DNA of 64,000 bases. It comes from a bacterium (GTDB lineage: Bacteria; Krumholzibacteriota; Krumholzibacteriia; LZORAL124-64-63). Both the position numbers and the translations under genes were made by a program. Shown piece by piece: positions 57,997-64,000 of this stretch; position 1 is the first letter of the stretch, and each line of letters begins with the position of its first letter. The stretch covers positions 1 through 64,000 of the forward strand of contig JANOEP010000035.1 of the NCBI GenBank assembly GCA_031441465.1, in the 5' to 3' direction. A model generated the notes under the pieces. The model saw nothing but the letters and a program-made list of their open reading frames with translations. It searched no databases and was not told the DNA's origin.

Positions 57997-58671
57997 CTAT
58001 TCCTCCCCGTCGAGAACGTAGCCCAGTCCGCGTCGGGTGCGGATGAGGCGCGGTTCGCCCGCCAGTTCCAGCTTCCGGCGCAGGTAGCCGACGTAGACGT
58101 CCACGACGTTGCTGCCGTGCTCCGATTCGAAATCGTAGATGGACTCCCAGATCTCGTCGCGGGTCACCACGTGCCCCGCGCGGTGCGCCAGGAACTCCAG
58201 GATGCTGTACTCGCGGGCGGTGAGCTCGACGTCCCTGCTCCCCCGCCGGACCCGGCGGGCGGCGGTGTCGATCTCCAGGTCGGCGATGCGGATCGTCGGC
58301 GACGACTTGTCGTAGCCCCGCCGGACCAGGACCCGCACGCGCGCCAGCAGTTCCTCGAAGGCGAAGGGTTTCACGAGGTAGTCGTCGGCGCCGAGGTCGA
58401 GGCCGCCGACGCGGTCCGTGACCGAGTCCTTCGCCGTGAGCAGGAGCACGCGGTCCGGGCGTCGTTTCGCCCGCAGGCTCCGCAGCAGTGTCAGCCCATC
58501 GATCACCGGCAACATGATGTCGAGCACGATGAGGTCGTACGCGCCCGCCTCGATGTAGGCCAGGCCATGCTCGCCGTCGGCGACGGCATCCACCGCGTAC
58601 CCGGCTTCGCGCAGGCCACGGGTGAGGGAGTGGCGCAGCGGTGTGTAGTCTTCGACCACGAGAATGCGCAT
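57997..58671 (-). CDS. OmpR-family response regulator
   Basis: ILVVED, LDIMLP, GADDYLVKPF, LTAREY, NVVDVYV.YLRRKL, TRRGLGY. Confidence 0.95.
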   Translation of the reverse strand: MRILVVEDYTPLRHSLTRGLREAGYAVDAVADGEHGLAYIEAGAYDLIVLDIMLPVIDGLTLLRSLRAKRRPDRVLLLTAKDSVTDRVGGLDLGADDYLVKPFAFEELLARVRVLVRRGYDKSSPTIRIADLEIDTAARRVRRGSRDVELTAREYSILEFLAHRAGHVVTRDEIWESIYDFESEHGSNVVDVYVGYLRRKLELAGEPRLIRTRRGLGYVLDGEE

Positions 58672-58741
58672 GACTCGAGTCTAGCAGGTGCTACCCCCGA
58701 TTCCTACGGGAACGCGCCGACGCCGACTGGATATGTGCATC

Positions 58742-58805
58742 GCTCTCATCGTGCTCTTATGTGCGTGCGGGAGCGTAATGCGGGTCGCTCATTCACCCTT
58801 CATCT
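58742..58805. promoter_or_regulatory. Two pairs of 11-bp-phased direct repeats (candidate OmpR-family sites)
   Basis: GCTCTCAT (58742)/GCTCTTAT (58753) and CTCATTC (58788)/TTCATCT (58799) between the divergent regulator and lipoprotein. Confidence 0.5.
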
Positions 58806-58903
58806 GCGGGCCGTAGGATGAGTCACGAACGAGCGGCGCCGACGGGAGCCCGGTGTTCCCGGATCCGGTGCCGGCCAACATGCTGACCAAAGGGAGGCTC
58901 GAC

Positions 58904-60235
58904 ATGAACATGCTCAGAACAGCGCTCTGGCTGCTCGGCGCGTCGTTGCTCGCGCTCGCCGGTTGCGGCGAGGATTCGACGAACGGTCCGGACGGCGTCG
59001 TCATCGATCCCGCCGACTACGTCGACGGCGTCGACAATCCACACTGGCCGCTCGTGCCCGGCACCGTCCTGATCTACGAGGGCGAGAGCGGCGGCGAGAG
59101 CGAGCGGATCGTCGTGGAGGTGTCAGCCGCCACGAAGAACATCCTCGGCGTCGCCTGCATGGTCGTCCGCGACCGCGTCTGGATGGACGGGGAACTCGTC
59201 GAGGACACCAGGGACTGGTACGCCCAGCACGTCGATGGTGACGTCTGGTACTTCGGCGAGGACAGCCGGGAGATCGAGGACGGCCAGGTGGTGGGCACCG
59301 AGGGCTCCTGGGAAGCCGGCGTGGACGAAGCCGAGCCCGGTGTCGTCATGCGGGCGGATCCCGAGGTTGGCGAGACCTACCGGCAGGAGTATGACGAGGG
59401 CGAGGCTGAGGACATGGCGGAGGTGCTGAGCCTCGGCGCGCCGGCCGCCGTCGCCTTCGGGGACTTCCCGAGCTGCCTGCAGACGCGCGAATGGACCCCG
59501 CTCGAGCCGGGGGTCGCCGAACACAAGTATTACGCGCCCGGGGTAGGGCTGGTCCTGGAGGTCAAGGTCGCCGGCGGCGCCGGCCGCGTGGAACTGGTGG
59601 ATGTCGTCCCGCCGGCCGCGCTCCCGGTCCCCGGCGAGTTCACCACCGCGATCGACAATACCTACTTCCCGCTCGTGCCAGGGACCGTCTTCACCTTCGA
59701 GGGCGAGTCCGACGGCGAGAGCGAGCGGATCGTGGTGGAGGTGCTCGCCGAGACGAAGATGATCCTCGGGGTCACCTGCGTGGTCGTCCGCGATCGGGTC
59801 TACGTCGAGGACGAACTCGTGGAGGATACCCTGGACTGGTACGCGCAGCACATGGGCGGCGACCTGTGGTACTTCGGCGAGGACAGCCGCGAGATCGACG
59901 GCGGCGTGGTGGTCGGCACGGCTGGCTCCTGGGAGGCGGGCGTCGACGGCGCCCGGGCGGGCATCGCCATGCGGGGGACGCCCCAGGCGGGAAACGTCTA
60001 CCGCCAGGAGTTCTTCGCCGGTGAGGCGGAGGATATGGCGGAGGTTGTCGGCATCGGCGAGTCCGTGTCGGTGGCCTACGGCGACTTCGTGAACTGCGTG
60101 CGGATCCGGGAATGGTCGCCCATCATTCCCGGCATCGTCGAAGACAAGATCTACGCGCCGGGCGTGGGGCTCGTCCGGGAGATCGCGGTCGAGGGCGACT
60201 CCGGCGCCATCGAACTGACGGGCATCACGGACTGA
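58904..60235 (+). CDS. Acidic lipoprotein with two tandem copies of an uncharacterised ~207-aa domain
   Basis: GGAGG RBS, lipobox LAGC; DN..FPLVPG...DWYAQH..GD.WYFGEDSREI...GSWEAGVD...YRQE...GEAEDMAEV...K.YAPGVGLV occurs twice, 621 nt apart. Confidence 0.85.
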   Translation: MNMLRTALWLLGASLLALAGCGEDSTNGPDGVVIDPADYVDGVDNPHWPLVPGTVLIYEGESGGESERIVVEVSAATKNILGVACMVVRDRVWMDGELVEDTRDWYAQHVDGDVWYFGEDSREIEDGQVVGTEGSWEAGVDEAEPGVVMRADPEVGETYRQEYDEGEAEDMAEVLSLGAPAAVAFGDFPSCLQTREWTPLEPGVAEHKYYAPGVGLVLEVKVAGGAGRVELVDVVPPAALPVPGEFTTAIDNTYFPLVPGTVFTFEGESDGESERIVVEVLAETKMILGVTCVVVRDRVYVEDELVEDTLDWYAQHMGGDLWYFGEDSREIDGGVVVGTAGSWEAGVDGARAGIAMRGTPQAGNVYRQEFFAGEAEDMAEVVGIGESVSVAYGDFVNCVRIREWSPIIPGIVEDKIYAPGVGLVREIAVEGDSGAIELTGITD

Positions 60236-60243
60236 CGGCGGGA

Positions 60244-60271
60244 GGGCCCGGCGGGAGCGACCGCCGGGCCC
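60244..60271 (+). terminator. Hairpin downstream of lipoprotein gene
   Basis: GGGCCCGGCGG-GAGCGA-CCGCCGGGCCC, 11-bp stem, no U-tract. Confidence 0.55.
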
Positions 60272-60416
60272 CGGTCAAGTGATTGCAGATCACATACATC
60301 CAGAATCGGCGTCACCCGCGATCGCTGATCTTTGAAAGTTGAAATACCCATCCCCGGGTGCTACTAGTTACGCGATCGTCTCGAAACAACCAGGGCGCCA
60401 GCGCTGGAGTGTGTCC

Positions 60417-61129
60417 ATGTCCACGTTCCGATCCCACGTCTGGTCCTCCGTCGGGAAGAAGATGATCACCGGGTCGACGGGCTTGCTGCTCGTCGGCTTC
60501 GTGTCGGTGCATCTGCTGGGCAACCTGACCCTGTTCATCCCGGACCAGGGCCACGCCTTCAACGCCTACGCCCGCTTCCTGGAGCACGCCGTCCACGGCT
60601 GGCTGATCATCGCCTTCGAGGTGGGCCTGCTGGCGGTGCTCGGCCTCCACCTCGTGACGGCGGTCACCGTCGCCTGGAGCGACAAGCGCCGGGCGCGCCC
60701 CACCGGCTACGCGCTGGTGCGCAACGCGGGCGGCAAGAGCCGCAAGGGCCTGCCCTCCACCAGCATGATCGTCACCGGTCTGGTGCTGGCGGTGTTCATC
60801 GTCCTGCACGTGAAGATGTTCAAGTTCGCCGACCACCCGTCCGTCGTCTACGACGGCGTTGAGATGAAGGACCTCTACGCGGTGGTCGTGGCGGCCTTCA
60901 AGCAGCCGTTGATCGCCGGCGCCTACGTCGTGGTGATGGGCATGCTCGGCTTCCACCTGCGCCACGGCGTCTGGAGCGCCTTCCAGTCGCTGGGCTGGAA
61001 CAACGACCGCGCGATGGGGCTGCTGCAGAACGTGGCCCGGGCCGTCTCGGTGCTGTACGCGGTCGGCTTCCTGATGCTGCCACTGTACATCCTCTTCTTC
61101 GTCGATCCGTCCGTGTCGGGAGGTCACCG

Positions 61130-61133
<4 letters not shown>
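60417..61133 (+). CDS. sdhC: Succinate dehydrogenase/fumarate reductase cytochrome b subunit (b558 family)
   Basis: SSVGKK, HLLGNL, five TMs with His ligands, [13 protein letters not shown]. Confidence 0.93.
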
Positions 61134-63049
<1,916 letters not shown>

Positions 63050-63055
63050 GGGAAG

Positions 63056-63844
63056 GTGCCGAGCATGAGCGAGATGACCATCCACCTGAAGATCTGGCGG
63101 CAGGCGCGGGGCGAGGCCAAGGGACACTTCGTCGGCTACACGGTCGAGAAGGTCCTGCCGGAGATGTCCTTCCTCGAGACGCTCGACCTGCTCAACGAGA
63201 AGCTGGTCCGCGACGGCCAGCAGCCCGTCGAGTTCGACAGCGACTGCCGGGAGGGGATCTGCGGCACCTGCGGCCTGGTGATCAAAGGCACGGCCCACGG
63301 CCCGAACCCCAAGACCACCACCTGCGAGGTGCGCATGCGGCACTTCCACGACGGCGAAACGATCACCGTCGAGCCCTTCCGCGCCGGCCCGTTCCCGATC
63401 CTCAAGGACCTGGTGGTCGACCGCACGGCGTTCGACCGCATCCAGCAGCAGGGCGGCTTCGTGTCGGCCAACGTGGGCTCGGCCCCCGACGGCAACGCGG
63501 TGCCGATCCCCAAGCTCGACGCCGACAAGGCCATGGACGCCGCCTCCTGCATCGGCTGCGGCGCCTGCGTGGCCGCCTGCCCCAACGCCTCGGCCTCGCT
63601 GTTCGTCGGCGCCAAGATCAGCCAGCTCTCCTACCTGCCCCAGGGCGGGCCGGAGCGTGGCCGCCGCGCGCTGCTGATGATCGGCCAGATGGACCAGGAG
63701 GGGTTCGGCAACTGCTCCAACCACGGCGAGTGCGAGGCGGTCTGCCCCAAGGAGATCTCCATCGAGAACATCGCGCGCATGCGGCGCGAGTTCTTCAAGG
63801 GCGCGCTCGGCGGCCACGACCGCAAGGCGGCGACCGGCGACTAG
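63056..63844 (+). CDS. sdhB: Succinate dehydrogenase/fumarate reductase iron-sulfur subunit
   Basis: [35 protein letters not shown]; start GTG 63056 or ATG 63065. Confidence 0.96.
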   Translation: MPSMSEMTIHLKIWRQARGEAKGHFVGYTVEKVLPEMSFLETLDLLNEKLVRDGQQPVEFDSDCREGICGTCGLVIKGTAHGPNPKTTTCEVRMRHFHDGETITVEPFRAGPFPILKDLVVDRTAFDRIQQQGGFVSANVGSAPDGNAVPIPKLDADKAMDAASCIGCGACVAACPNASASLFVGAKISQLSYLPQGGPERGRRALLMIGQMDQEGFGNCSNHGECEAVCPKEISIENIARMRREFFKGALGGHDRKAATGD

Positions 63845-63883
63845 CGCCCGACGGAACCCCGCCCCTCGCGACGCAGCCCCCCT

Positions 63884-63916
63884 GGACCCCGGCTCCGGAG
63901 CCGGGGTCCTGCCTTT
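63884..63916 (+). terminator. Terminator after sdhCAB
   Basis: Perfect 26-bp palindrome GGACCCCGGCTCCGGAGCCGGGGTCC (63884-63909) followed by TGCCTTT. Confidence 0.75.
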
Positions 63917-64000
63917 CGCGGTCCCCGGCGGACCGCGGCGCCATCCGGGCTTGCATTCCGGTGTCGCAGGGCGTTCAATGGTCGGCTAATCGTCAGGAGA

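Noticed and set aside
55522..58821. 1099-aa plus-strand ORF
   Set aside because: Antisense to the porin/HK/RR genes, which carry clear family motifs.

Overview
GC-rich bacterial chromosome segment with about 50 genes. No rRNA, tRNA, CRISPR array, transposase or integrase was seen. Three secreted proteins share a C-terminal FlgD-Ig/T9SS-like sorting domain. That, together with a HEAT-cyclophilin lipoprotein, a FadL-GDSL pair and an sdhCAB of the b558 type, suggests an FCB-superphylum organism such as Krumholzibacteriota/Latescibacterota (inference). Layout: (1) 0.2-16 kb, accessory envelope genes: DUF4386-like, YidE, PadR plus membrane partner, OMPLA, a porin, MFS-spermidine synthase fusion, CotH protein and a ~7-heme cytochrome c with a sorting domain. 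(2) 16-36 kb, housekeeping: LemA/TPM, asd, truA, tal, HtrA, purB, fused purL-purQ, tandem PurS-like gene, purF, radical SAM fusion, RNase E/G. (3) 36-41 kb: GT2, methyltransferase, rhomboid, GDSL lipase, FadL. (4) 41.6-64 kb, iron/heme/redox block: split ccsB/ccsA, two Rrf2 regulators, membrane polyferredoxin, FNR, sufCBDSUT, a two-component system with a porin and an acidic tandem-domain lipoprotein, then sdhCAB. The best candidates for something new are: the sorting-domain multiheme cytochrome, which shares a Fur-like box with the ccs locus; a 125-bp three-way-junction palindromic element after ccsA; the PurL-PurQ fusion with single-chain tandem PurS; and the two-component/porin/acidic lipoprotein module. 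All calls come from motif recognition by eye; no database search was run.
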